Positions 16,338-24,266 of a stretch of DNA of 64,000 nucleotides are shown in pieces. The number at the start of each line of letters is the position of its first letter. The stretch's first letter is position 1. Source of the DNA: Thermoplasmatota archaeon. Its GTDB lineage: Archaea > Thermoplasmatota > E2 > JACPAO01 > JAHFTW01. A program made the position numbers and the translations under genes. The notes under the pieces were generated by a model. It saw nothing but the letters and a program-made list of their open reading frames with translations. It was not told where the DNA came from and did not search any database. The DNA is taken from assembly GCA_038046725.1 (NCBI GenBank), contig JBBSVQ010000011.1, forward strand, positions 243 to 64,242, in the 5' to 3' direction.

Positions 16338-16459
16338 TCGCCAGCAACAATCTGCCGGGTCTTGCGAACATCGGATGAATCCGAGGTCCCCCAAGCGGCG
16401 CCGGTCGAGGCCAGGCCACACGGCCCCACCCTTATGACCCGGGAGCCAATCGACCCACG

Positions 16460-18103
16460 ATGAGCATGCTCCAGCAGCCCGAGCCGCGCGGCCGCTGGTC
16501 CCGCTTCAACGAGATCGTCACGATCCTCATTCGCAGCGACGTTTGGGGACTGATGCGGCGCATGACGAGTCCGCCGCTCGACGGCGAACCCGACGACTCC
16601 CCCGCCAAGTTGCGCGCCGTTCTGGAAGAACTCGGCCCCTCCTTCATCAAGATCGGCCAACTGCTTGCCACGCGGCCCGACCTCGTCCCGCAGCCCTACG
16701 TTGACGAGTTCAAGAACCTCTACGACAAGACCACGCCCAGCCCCGTCGAGGAAGCCCGGCACGTCATCCGCACCGAACTCGGCCGCGACGTCGAAGCCAT
16801 CTTCGCGACCTTCGACCCCGTCGCCATCGCGTCCGCCTCCATCGGCCAGGTCCACCGCGCGACGCTGAAGGACGGCACGAACGTCGCCGTCAAGGTCCAG
16901 CACCCCGGCATCGAGGAAGCCATGGTGCTCGACTTCGAGATCCTGCGCGGCATCGTCTCCTTCATCGAGAAGACGTTCGCGGCCTCGCGCATCTGGCAGC
17001 CGCGCGAGCACCTGGAAGAGCTGCGCCTCATGCTGGAACGCGAACTCGACTACCTGTACGAGATGCGCAACACGCAGAAGGTCGCGCACAACTTCCGCCA
17101 CGAGCCGCAGGTGCACATCCCCAAGATGTTCCCCGAGCTGTGCACCAAGCGCGTGCTGGTGATGGAGTTCATCGACGGCGTCAAGTTCGCCAAGATGGAC
17201 TCGCCCGCCATGGCCGGCGTGGACCGCAAGAAGGTGGCCGCCATCATCACGCACGCCATGGCGCGGCAGATCTTCCTGCACCGCCTCTTCCACGCCGACC
17301 CGTCACCCGGGAACCTCATGATCCTCCCGCCGGACCGTGTCGCCTTCCTCGACTTCGGCGCCGTCGGCCAGGTCACGGAGCGCCGCGCCCGCGCCATCCT
17401 GCGCCTCATCACCGGCATCAGCCGCGGCGACGTCGAGGGCACAACCGAGGCCGTCATCGACTTGTGCGAGCAGCGCGGCGAGTACGACCCCAAGGCCTTC
17501 ACCACGGACGTCGAGAAGATCCTCGACTACGTCGAGCGCGAGGACGTGTCCGTCGCCGACCCGCGCCTGATGGAACTCATCCTCGGCGTCGCCAAGAAGC
17601 ACCGCATGCTTCTCCCCGCGGACTTCGTGCTCATCAGCCGCGCCCTGTTCCAGTTCGAGGGCTTCTGCCGCGAACTCGACCCCGAATTCGACCTCGTCAC
17701 CGTCCTGGAACCCTTCGTCGCGGAACTCCTGTGGAAGAAGATCAGCTCCCCTGGCTCGCAGAAGGAACTCATCGAGGAGACCATCGGGGAATTGCTGCGC
17801 TTCGGCCGCAGCCTGCCGCACACGCTCAACACGCTGATTCGCAAGATTGAGCGCAACGAGATCTCGACGCGGGTGGAGGTCGCCGGCCTGGAGGGCCTGA
17901 AGTCCGCCCAGGGCCGCGGCGTGCTCAAGATGGCCTTTACCGTCATGATGGCCGCCCTCATCATCGGCCTTGGCATCATCTATGCCTCCCCGGCCCCGGA
18001 CGACCGCGCCGGCCAGTTCCTCTTCGCCGCAGGAGCGGTCGTCGTCACGTGGACGGTCGTCATGATTCTGTGGAGCGAGGCCATCAAGGGCAACCGCGAA
18101 TGA
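16460..18103 (+). CDS. ABC1/UbiB-family atypical protein kinase
   Basis: ORF track. ELGPSFIKIGQLLATRPDLVP, ...ASIGQVHRATLKDGTNVAVKVQHPGI and a C-terminal TM segment. Confidence 0.85.
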   Translation: MSMLQQPEPRGRWSRFNEIVTILIRSDVWGLMRRMTSPPLDGEPDDSPAKLRAVLEELGPSFIKIGQLLATRPDLVPQPYVDEFKNLYDKTTPSPVEEARHVIRTELGRDVEAIFATFDPVAIASASIGQVHRATLKDGTNVAVKVQHPGIEEAMVLDFEILRGIVSFIEKTFAASRIWQPREHLEELRLMLERELDYLYEMRNTQKVAHNFRHEPQVHIPKMFPELCTKRVLVMEFIDGVKFAKMDSPAMAGVDRKKVAAIITHAMARQIFLHRLFHADPSPGNLMILPPDRVAFLDFGAVGQVTERRARAILRLITGISRGDVEGTTEAVIDLCEQRGEYDPKAFTTDVEKILDYVEREDVSVADPRLMELILGVAKKHRMLLPADFVLISRALFQFEGFCRELDPEFDLVTVLEPFVAELLWKKISSPGSQKELIEETIGELLRFGRSLPHTLNTLIRKIERNEISTRVEVAGLEGLKSAQGRGVLKMAFTVMMAALIIGLGIIYASPAPDDRAGQFLFAAGAVVVTWTVVMILWSEAIKGNRE

Positions 18104-18203
18104 CGGATTGACCCGGTGACGGCCTGATTTGACGGATTGCACTGCGTACGGCAATCCGGCGAATCGGTCAGCAATCTGGGCAATCCGCAGATTCCGATTC
18201 CCT
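18102..18203. repeat. Word palindrome built on CGGATTG / CAATCCG
   Basis: GACGGATTG occurs at 18102 and 18131. CAATCCG, GAATCGG, CAATCTG and CAATCCG occur at 18152, 18161, 18172 and 18181. The element starts on the UbiB-like stop codon. Confidence 0.75.
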
Positions 18204-18231
18204 TACAAGGCCCAAGGCGGCTTGCCCCCTC

Positions 18232-18843
18232 ATGGTCAAGGCCTTGCCCGTCATGGGCATCCTCGGGGCGTTCTTCGCCGCAGTCCTCGTCGCCATCCTC
18301 GTCGATGCCGCCGTCTTCGTCGTCGTCCTCGTGACCCTGACGGGGTCCGTCATCCTCGTAGCGCAACGCACCATCGTCGGCGCCGTCGCGGGAATCGTCG
18401 TCCTCATCCTCACCGTCCTCGCGGCCCTCGGCATGGCGGGATCGGTCACCACGAAGAATGGGTCCGCGGACTTCGGCATCAGCGAGGACGGAGGCATCCT
18501 CCTCGGCCTCGCGGCCTGCCTCGCGGTGCCCATGGGGGCCTTGGCGGCGCGTTGGGAACAGGCCGCGCCGCGCTGGCTCGCCTACGCCGGCATCGCGGCC
18601 GCCGTCGTCGCCCTCGCAATGGCGCTGGCGAACCCGGCCGCCCTCGACGACAACGGCACCGTGTACACCCTGGTGACCGCCCTGTTCGCCCTCGCCGCAA
18701 TGGCGCCGATGGTGCCCCTCGTTCGCGCCGAGGGCGATGCTCCCCGAGGCCGTTCGACGGAGCCGGCACCCCTTGCCAGCGCCGACTCCAGCGTCGGCCC
18801 CGGTTCGGCCGCCTCGAAGCGCGCCCCGGGCCGGCGTCCGTAG
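18232..18843 (+). CDS. Hypothetical polytopic membrane protein
   Basis: ORF track. About 6 hydrophobic segments. CTTACAAG lies 27 nt upstream of the ATG. Confidence 0.55.
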   Translation: MVKALPVMGILGAFFAAVLVAILVDAAVFVVVLVTLTGSVILVAQRTIVGAVAGIVVLILTVLAALGMAGSVTTKNGSADFGISEDGGILLGLAACLAVPMGALAARWEQAAPRWLAYAGIAAAVVALAMALANPAALDDNGTVYTLVTALFALAAMAPMVPLVRAEGDAPRGRSTEPAPLASADSSVGPGSAASKRAPGRRP

Positions 18844-18877
18844 GGGTTAAGCCGGTGCCCGGGTCCGCCCGGGTGTC

Positions 18878-20215
18878 ATGACGCTGCGCACCCTCGGTTG
18901 CGGCCAAGTCACCCCGGCCCACTACGGCACCAGCCAGACGTTCGCCGGCTGGGTGCACGCCCTGCGCATCAAGGGCACGCTCGCCTTCCTCGTGCTGCGC
19001 GACCGCACCGGCCAGGTGCAGTCCGTCATCAAGAAAGACGTCACGCCGGCGCTCTTCGACCAGCTGGCGCCCCTGACGCCGGAATCCGTCGTCTCCGTCA
19101 CGGGCCTCGTGCAGGCGACCGAGAAGGCGAAGGCCGGCTTCGAGGTCGTGCCGACCACGATCCAGGTCCTCAACGTCGCCGCGACGCCCCTTCCCTTCGC
19201 GCTTTGGGATGACAAGATCGACACCGGCATCGACACGCGCCTCGACCACCGTTTCCTCGACCTGCGCGGTGCGCGCTCCTCGGCCATCTTCCGCATCCGG
19301 CACAAGGTCATCGAGTCCGGCTCCGCCTGGCTGCGCGCAAACGGCTTCCAGGAGATCCACACCTCGAACATCCTGGGCGCCTCCTCCGAGGGCGGCACGG
19401 ACACGTACAAGTTCGACTACTTCGGGCGCAAGGCCTTCCTCGCGCAGAGCCCGCAGCTGTACAAGCAGATGATGATGGGCGCCGGCATGGACAAGGTGTT
19501 CGAGGTCGGCTGGTACTTCCGCGCCGAGAAGCACAACACCGTGCGCCACCTCAACGAGTCCACGGCCTTCGACCTGGAGCTCGCCTTCATCGAGTCCGAG
19601 GACGACGTCATGCAGGCCATCGAGGGCCTGCTCACCGCCATCTGGACTGCCGTCGCCACGGAATGCAAATCCGAGGTCGCGACGCTGAAGGCCGACGTGC
19701 CCATCCCGACGAAGGCGTTCCGCCGCGTGCCCTACGAGGAAGCCCTCACCATCATCAACTCGCACGACGACGGCCGGCTGGGTCAGCCCCTGAAGTTCGG
19801 CGACGACATCGGCACCGAGGCCGAGAAGGTCCTCGGCCGCGTCATGAAGGAGCAGGGACACGACTTCTACTTCATCACGAAGTGGCCGCTCGCGCCCAAG
19901 CCGTTCTACGTCATGCCGGAGGACGGCACGATGGACTCGCGCCTGTGCCGCGGCTTCGACCTCGACTACCGCGGCGTCGAACTCATCTCCGGCGGGCAAC
20001 GCATCCACGACCCCAAGCTCCTCGAGCAGGGCATCGTGCGCTGGGGCCTGGACCCGAAGGACTTCGAGCAGTACCTCGAGGCGTTCCGCTACGGCATGCC
20101 GCCGCACGGTGGTTGCGGCATCGGCATCGAACGCATCCTGATGATGATGTTGGGCTTGCCCAACATCCGTGAAGCGATCCTGTTCCCGCGCGATGTCACC
20201 CGCCTGACGCCGTAG
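18878..20215 (+). CDS. aspS: Aspartyl-tRNA synthetase (archaeal type)
   Basis: ORF track. FLVLRDRTGQVQ (OB fold), FRAEKHNTVRHLNE and GGQRIHD...GMPPHGGCGIGIERILM (class II motifs). Confidence 0.9.
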   Translation: MTLRTLGCGQVTPAHYGTSQTFAGWVHALRIKGTLAFLVLRDRTGQVQSVIKKDVTPALFDQLAPLTPESVVSVTGLVQATEKAKAGFEVVPTTIQVLNVAATPLPFALWDDKIDTGIDTRLDHRFLDLRGARSSAIFRIRHKVIESGSAWLRANGFQEIHTSNILGASSEGGTDTYKFDYFGRKAFLAQSPQLYKQMMMGAGMDKVFEVGWYFRAEKHNTVRHLNESTAFDLELAFIESEDDVMQAIEGLLTAIWTAVATECKSEVATLKADVPIPTKAFRRVPYEEALTIINSHDDGRLGQPLKFGDDIGTEAEKVLGRVMKEQGHDFYFITKWPLAPKPFYVMPEDGTMDSRLCRGFDLDYRGVELISGGQRIHDPKLLEQGIVRWGLDPKDFEQYLEAFRYGMPPHGGCGIGIERILMMMLGLPNIREAILFPRDVTRLTP

Positions 20216-20232
20216 CCGTCGGCCTGCCCGTC

Positions 20233-20410
20233 TGGGGGCCTTGGATTTAGCAGATGACCTGCAAAGCACTCGGGCGCCAAGCCACGCCTTGGTTCGCGTT
20301 CCCCCTGCAATTCAGCCGATTCAGGGCCGCGGCAGTGGCAGACCTGGGATGCCCGGATGACCCGGATTCAACCGGGCAATCCGGACCATCCCGTCATCCC
20401 AGGCCTCCCA
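20233..20410. mobile_element. MITE-like repeat, family B (copy B1)
   Basis: The left end TGGGGGCCTTGGATTTAGCAGATG and the inner GCAATTCAGCCGATTCAG match 48689-48818 and 45186-45468. The right end is an imperfect inverted repeat (CCCAGGCCTCCCA). Confidence 0.65.
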
Positions 20411-20448
20411 ACGGGCCCGCAAGTCTGCCGTGGATTTGTTTGGGCCAT

Positions 20449-20626
20449 CGGCGCGCGTTCGGTGCGCCAAGCTAGTCAACCTCCTTGCGCCGGCGACGTC
20501 GACCAGCTCATGCAACACGAAACGTAGCCGCGCCCCGCGCCGCCAAGGCATGGCATCACCGGCTTGCCGTCGTACAGGCCGTCGGCGTCACAAGGCGTCG
20601 TTCGGTCGTGACTCAGGAACGGGCGC
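20449..20626 (-). mobile_element. MITE-like repeat, family A (copy b, inverted)
   Basis: GGCGCGCGTTCGGTGCGCCAAGCTAGTCAACCTCC is the exact reverse complement of 16303-16337. The far end matches 16167-16210 in reverse. Confidence 0.8.
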
Positions 20627-20636
20627 GGCCGCGACG

Positions 20637-21899
20637 CTACGCCGCCACGACCTTGCGGATGTCGCCGCCGTGGTCCACGACGTACAATTCGCCATCCTCA
20701 CCCTCGCCGAAGGAAGTGACGTTGAGGTTCGTGTCCAAGGCCAGAGCCATGACCCAGGCCTCGCCGGTGCGGGTGAGGGTCCACACGAATCCCGAGCAGT
20801 AGTCCCCGAACAGGTACGTGCCCTGCAGGCCCGAAACCTCGGCGCCGCGGTACACGTAGCCGCCGGTGACGGAGCAGTGGCTGGCGCCACCCGCGCTGTG
20901 GTCGTATTCGACCACCGGCTCGACCGCGGCAGGAGCCTGGCGCGCGGCGTCGTACACGTGCGTCCCCTCGAAGCGGCTCCAGCCATAGTTCACGCCCGCG
21001 GTCCCCGCCTCGGCGTGGTCGATCTCCTCCCACTTGTTCTGTCCGACGTCCCCAATCCACAGGTCGCCGGCCCCCGCTCCGTCCGCGGCGCCGCGGTCGA
21101 AGCTGAAGCGCCACGGGTTGCGCAGGCCGAAAGCCCAAACCTCGTCCTTGCCGGCGCGGTTGGCGAACGGGTTGCCCTGCGGAATCGTGTAAGGGATGGG
21201 CGGGGGCGCCGTGTCCACGTCCAGGCGCACGATCTTGCCGAGGAGCGTGTCCAGGTTCTGCGCGTTGTTGTCCGGATCCCCGCCGGCGCCGCCATCGCCA
21301 AGGCCGGCGTACAGCATGCCGTCGGGCCCGAAGGCCAGCATGCCACCGTTGTGGTTGGCGTACTTGCTGTGGTCCTGCGACAGGACGACGTGGCCGGACG
21401 CGGGGTCCGCCTCATTGCCCGCCGGTTCGGGGTTCGCGTACTCTTCGATGGTCACGTCGCCGCCGGGTGCGGTGTAGTAGACGAAGAAGCGGCCATTGTC
21501 GGCGTAGGCGGGGTGGAAGGCCAAGCCGAGAAGGCCGCGCTCACCCCCCGCCAGCACTTTGGCGTGCGCGCCGCCGGCGGCGATGTCGAGGAACGGTTCC
21601 TCCTGCAAGCCATCGTCCCAAACGAGGATGATGCCCTTCTGCTCAACGATGAACAAGCGGCCGGAGCCGTCGGCCGCATGCGTCAGGAAGACGGGGTCGT
21701 CGAGCCCGGACAGGAAGGGCTGCAAATCGATGTCGACCCGGGAATCGCTGCCGCCATTGCCGCCGACGCCGCCCAACTCGGAGCAGCCGGCCAACAGGGG
21801 AATGATTGCGGTGAAGGCCAGCCAGCGCACATTGCGCCATTGCCGCCGGGGTGGTGAAGTTGGCGATTTCCGGCCGGCTTGTCGCACCCCCCTTTCCAC
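20637..21899 (-). CDS. PQQ-dependent sugar dehydrogenase (GSDH/YliI family), lipoprotein
   Basis: ORF track. Contains LLAGC lipobox, RLFIVEQKG, ERGLLGLAFHP, HNGGMLAFGPDGMLY, FGLRNPWRFSFD and GDVGQNKWEEI. Confidence 0.85.
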   Translation of the reverse strand: MERGVRQAGRKSPTSPPRRQWRNVRWLAFTAIIPLLAGCSELGGVGGNGGSDSRVDIDLQPFLSGLDDPVFLTHAADGSGRLFIVEQKGIILVWDDGLQEEPFLDIAAGGAHAKVLAGGERGLLGLAFHPAYADNGRFFVYYTAPGGDVTIEEYANPEPAGNEADPASGHVVLSQDHSKYANHNGGMLAFGPDGMLYAGLGDGGAGGDPDNNAQNLDTLLGKIVRLDVDTAPPPIPYTIPQGNPFANRAGKDEVWAFGLRNPWRFSFDRGAADGAGAGDLWIGDVGQNKWEEIDHAEAGTAGVNYGWSRFEGTHVYDAARQAPAAVEPVVEYDHSAGGASHCSVTGGYVYRGAEVSGLQGTYLFGDYCSGFVWTLTRTGEAWVMALALDTNLNVTSFGEGEDGELYVVDHGGDIRKVVAA

Positions 21900-22574
21900 T
21901 GCAGTCCAGGGGCCAAGCGTGCAAGCGAAGCACCGGAAGCCTGCAGAAGGGGTCGCAGGGGTCGCGCCGTTTCCAGAAAAACGCGATATCCCCCAGGTGA
22001 TTCAGGGGGTTTGCCCGCGCAAGCGGGAACGGTCACCAAGGCCGCAGACCCGGAAACGGGGCTGCAGGGGACCCGGAGGCGACTCCGGATTCTCGACGGA
22101 CGTCCTTCAGGATGTCCGGCGTCATGGATCGGCGAGAAAGGTCTTCGGACCTTTCGCGCCCACCGTGCACCGACGACGGTGCTTGCACCGTCGACGTGCT
22201 CCTGGCCGAACGGCCGACCCCATTCCCCCGCGGGATGGGGCCCGGGACTTGAACCGGGGAGCGGCACGGGACTCCGGCGGGGGCCGACGGCCTTCGCACG
22301 GCGCGGACCCCACGGGTCCACGCCGGAACCGCCCCAGACCGCCGCGCGCCCTGCTTGCAGGAGAACGCGCGTCCTTGCCTCGAGCAAGGGGTCTTGGGGA
22401 CGGACGGGGCCAGACCGGCACCTTCGGGTGCCCCGCTTGCACGGGCCTTTGGTCCTCGGATCGAGCGGACGCTTCGCGGTCCGCGGACCCAACGGATGCT
22501 TCGTGGCCGGATTCAACGGATTGCATTCTTCGGCCACGCATTGCGGATCCGTCCAGCCCCGAATCGTCGTCCGG

Positions 22575-22775
22575 CCGCGCGCGTTCCTCCTCGGGTAAGT
22601 TCAACGTCTTGTGACGCCGACGCCGGTGCCCTGCTCATGCAACATTCCCCGAAGCGGCGCGCGCAGCGCGCCGAGGCGGCGCCCTGCGCCGCCAACGAGT
22701 GCCGGCACGGGTTTGACGTCGGGGCCGGAGTCGGCGTCACAGACGTCGGAACTCGCGACGACACCGAACGGGCGC
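22575..22775 (-). mobile_element. MITE-like repeat, family A (copy c, inverted)
   Basis: CCGCGCGCGTTC..., TTGTGACGCCGACGCC, CTGCTCATGCAACA, ...GCGCCGCCAA and GGAGTCGGCGTCAC are shared with copies b and d. Confidence 0.7.
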
Positions 22776-22815
22776 GGGCGACTCTAGGCATCCATTGCCG
22801 GGGGTGGGACGGTGC

Positions 22816-24153
22816 TCAGGCCGTGATCGTCACGGTGCCGCTCATGCCCAAGCCGTGGTGGCCGGGCACGTTGCACCACCAGTCCAGGGTTGCCGCCGAG
22901 GTCGGCTTGAAGTACACCAGGGCGACGTCCCCGGAGCCGGCCGTGTTGGATTCGGCGAGGACCTCGCCGCCGAACGTGCCGATGAAGAGGTTGTGCCCAA
23001 TCGTGCCAATGTTGGTGGCCCGGATCAAATAGCCCTTGCCGACTTGCAATTGGATGTCGGCGTTCCGGATGAAGAAGTCCCCGAGGTCGACGGTGATCTC
23101 CGCGTCCGGCGTCACGGCTTCCAGTTGGAACGAGCCGCCGGGGCTGAAGGTCACCGTGTACGTCTTGCCGCCTTGGGCGTCGAACGCCACGCGGGCGACT
23201 TCGCCGGGGGCGACGGCCGTCGTGTTGCCGTCTGCCGTGAATTCCACGGCCTGGGTGCCGGCGTTCGTGACCTTGATGCCGACGCGCGTGCCGTCCACGA
23301 CCACGGCCGGGGCCGGGTCGTTGTAGGTGAGTTTGCCGTTGTTGGCGGTGACGTCGACGAGTTCGCGCAGCGCGGCAGAGCCGAAGAGGGCGCGGTCCGC
23401 CTTCCATTCGTCGAAGTCGGCCGGGGCATCAACGACCAGTTCGGCCCGCATGTAGCCGTGGCCGGGGTTCAGGCACATCTCCTTGCACTGGATCGTGTAC
23501 TTGCCGGCGGGGAAGCTCACGACCTGGGTGTGGTACTTGTGCGGTCCGGACGGGTTGGCGTCATCCATCGTGACGTAGGCGCGGTTGGCGTCGAGGATGT
23601 TGAAGGCGTGAATGACTTCGTTGCCCGTGAGGTTGAGGAGAATGGGGGTGTCTGCTGGCAAATGGAACGTGTCGGAGTACGACATCGCGCCCGTCTGCGC
23701 GTTGGCCGTGGGGATGACGTTGACGACGACGCCCTCGCCGTAGTCCATCTGCCAGAACCACTGGAAGCCGGTGATGTTGACCTCCATCGCGTAGTCGTCC
23801 GAGCCGAGACCCGCGTCGAGCTTGACGAGGCCCGCGTAGCTCATGACGCCAATCCACAGCATGATGGCGAGCGGGATGATGGTCCAAACCAGTTCGGCCT
23901 TGAGCGAGCCGCGGTGCTTCTCATGCGTCGAGCGGCCGTGGCCCCCTTCGCGGTAGCGCACAAGGACCCAGACCAGGAGGGCGAAGACGAGGACGAAGAC
24001 CAGGACGCCGGCGAGGGCAATCTGGAAGTAGATGTCTTCGACGGTCTTGCCGCGGTCGGTCAGCGGCTCCGGCATGCCGAAGCGCGCGGCAGCGGGCGCG
24101 GCGACGAGGAGCAGGACGGCGGTGGCGACCAGGGCGACCACGGAGGGACGCAT
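22816..24153 (-). CDS. coxB: Cytochrome c oxidase subunit II fused to two C-terminal cupredoxin-like domains (the last with a type-1 Cu site)
   Basis: ORF track. Two TM helices. The CuA site reads HAF...QCKEMCLNPGHGYM. The C-terminal domain carries IGHN...WWCNVPGHHGLGMSG (His-Cys-His-Met blue-copper pattern). Confidence 0.85.
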   Translation of the reverse strand: MRPSVVALVATAVLLLVAAPAAARFGMPEPLTDRGKTVEDIYFQIALAGVLVFVLVFALLVWVLVRYREGGHGRSTHEKHRGSLKAELVWTIIPLAIMLWIGVMSYAGLVKLDAGLGSDDYAMEVNITGFQWFWQMDYGEGVVVNVIPTANAQTGAMSYSDTFHLPADTPILLNLTGNEVIHAFNILDANRAYVTMDDANPSGPHKYHTQVVSFPAGKYTIQCKEMCLNPGHGYMRAELVVDAPADFDEWKADRALFGSAALRELVDVTANNGKLTYNDPAPAVVVDGTRVGIKVTNAGTQAVEFTADGNTTAVAPGEVARVAFDAQGGKTYTVTFSPGGSFQLEAVTPDAEITVDLGDFFIRNADIQLQVGKGYLIRATNIGTIGHNLFIGTFGGEVLAESNTAGSGDVALVYFKPTSAATLDWWCNVPGHHGLGMSGTVTITA

Positions 24154-24172
24154 GACGGGCCGCGCGACGGGA

Positions 24173-24246
24173 GGGCCCTCAAAAAGCCTGACTGTCCCTG
24201 CGGGTCCTGGGAATCAGGGGAAGCCCGGCACGGTTTTGAGGGGCCC
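24173..24246. promoter_or_regulatory. Mirror-image promoter pair for the divergent coxB and coxA genes
   Basis: GGGCCCTCAAAAA (24173-24185) and TTTTGAGGGGCCC (24234-24246) are inverted copies. Each T-run lies about 30 nt upstream of its start codon (24153 on the minus strand, 24267 on the plus strand). Confidence 0.45.
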
Positions 24247-24266
24247 CCCCGTCGCCGCGAACGACC

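Noticed and set aside
22225-22262. tRNA-like T-arm (minus strand GGTTCAAGTCCCGGG)
   Set aside because: The flanking bases cannot form a 5-bp T stem around a 7-nt loop. I could not build an acceptor, D or anticodon arm. No other tRNA-like sequence was found in the window.
21900-22574. RNase P RNA or SRP (7S) RNA
   Set aside because: The universally conserved motifs (GAGGAAAGUCC and ACAGAA...GGCUUA for RNase P; UGUAAC and the helix-8 loop for SRP) are absent on both strands. The region is kept only as an unclassified structured-RNA candidate.
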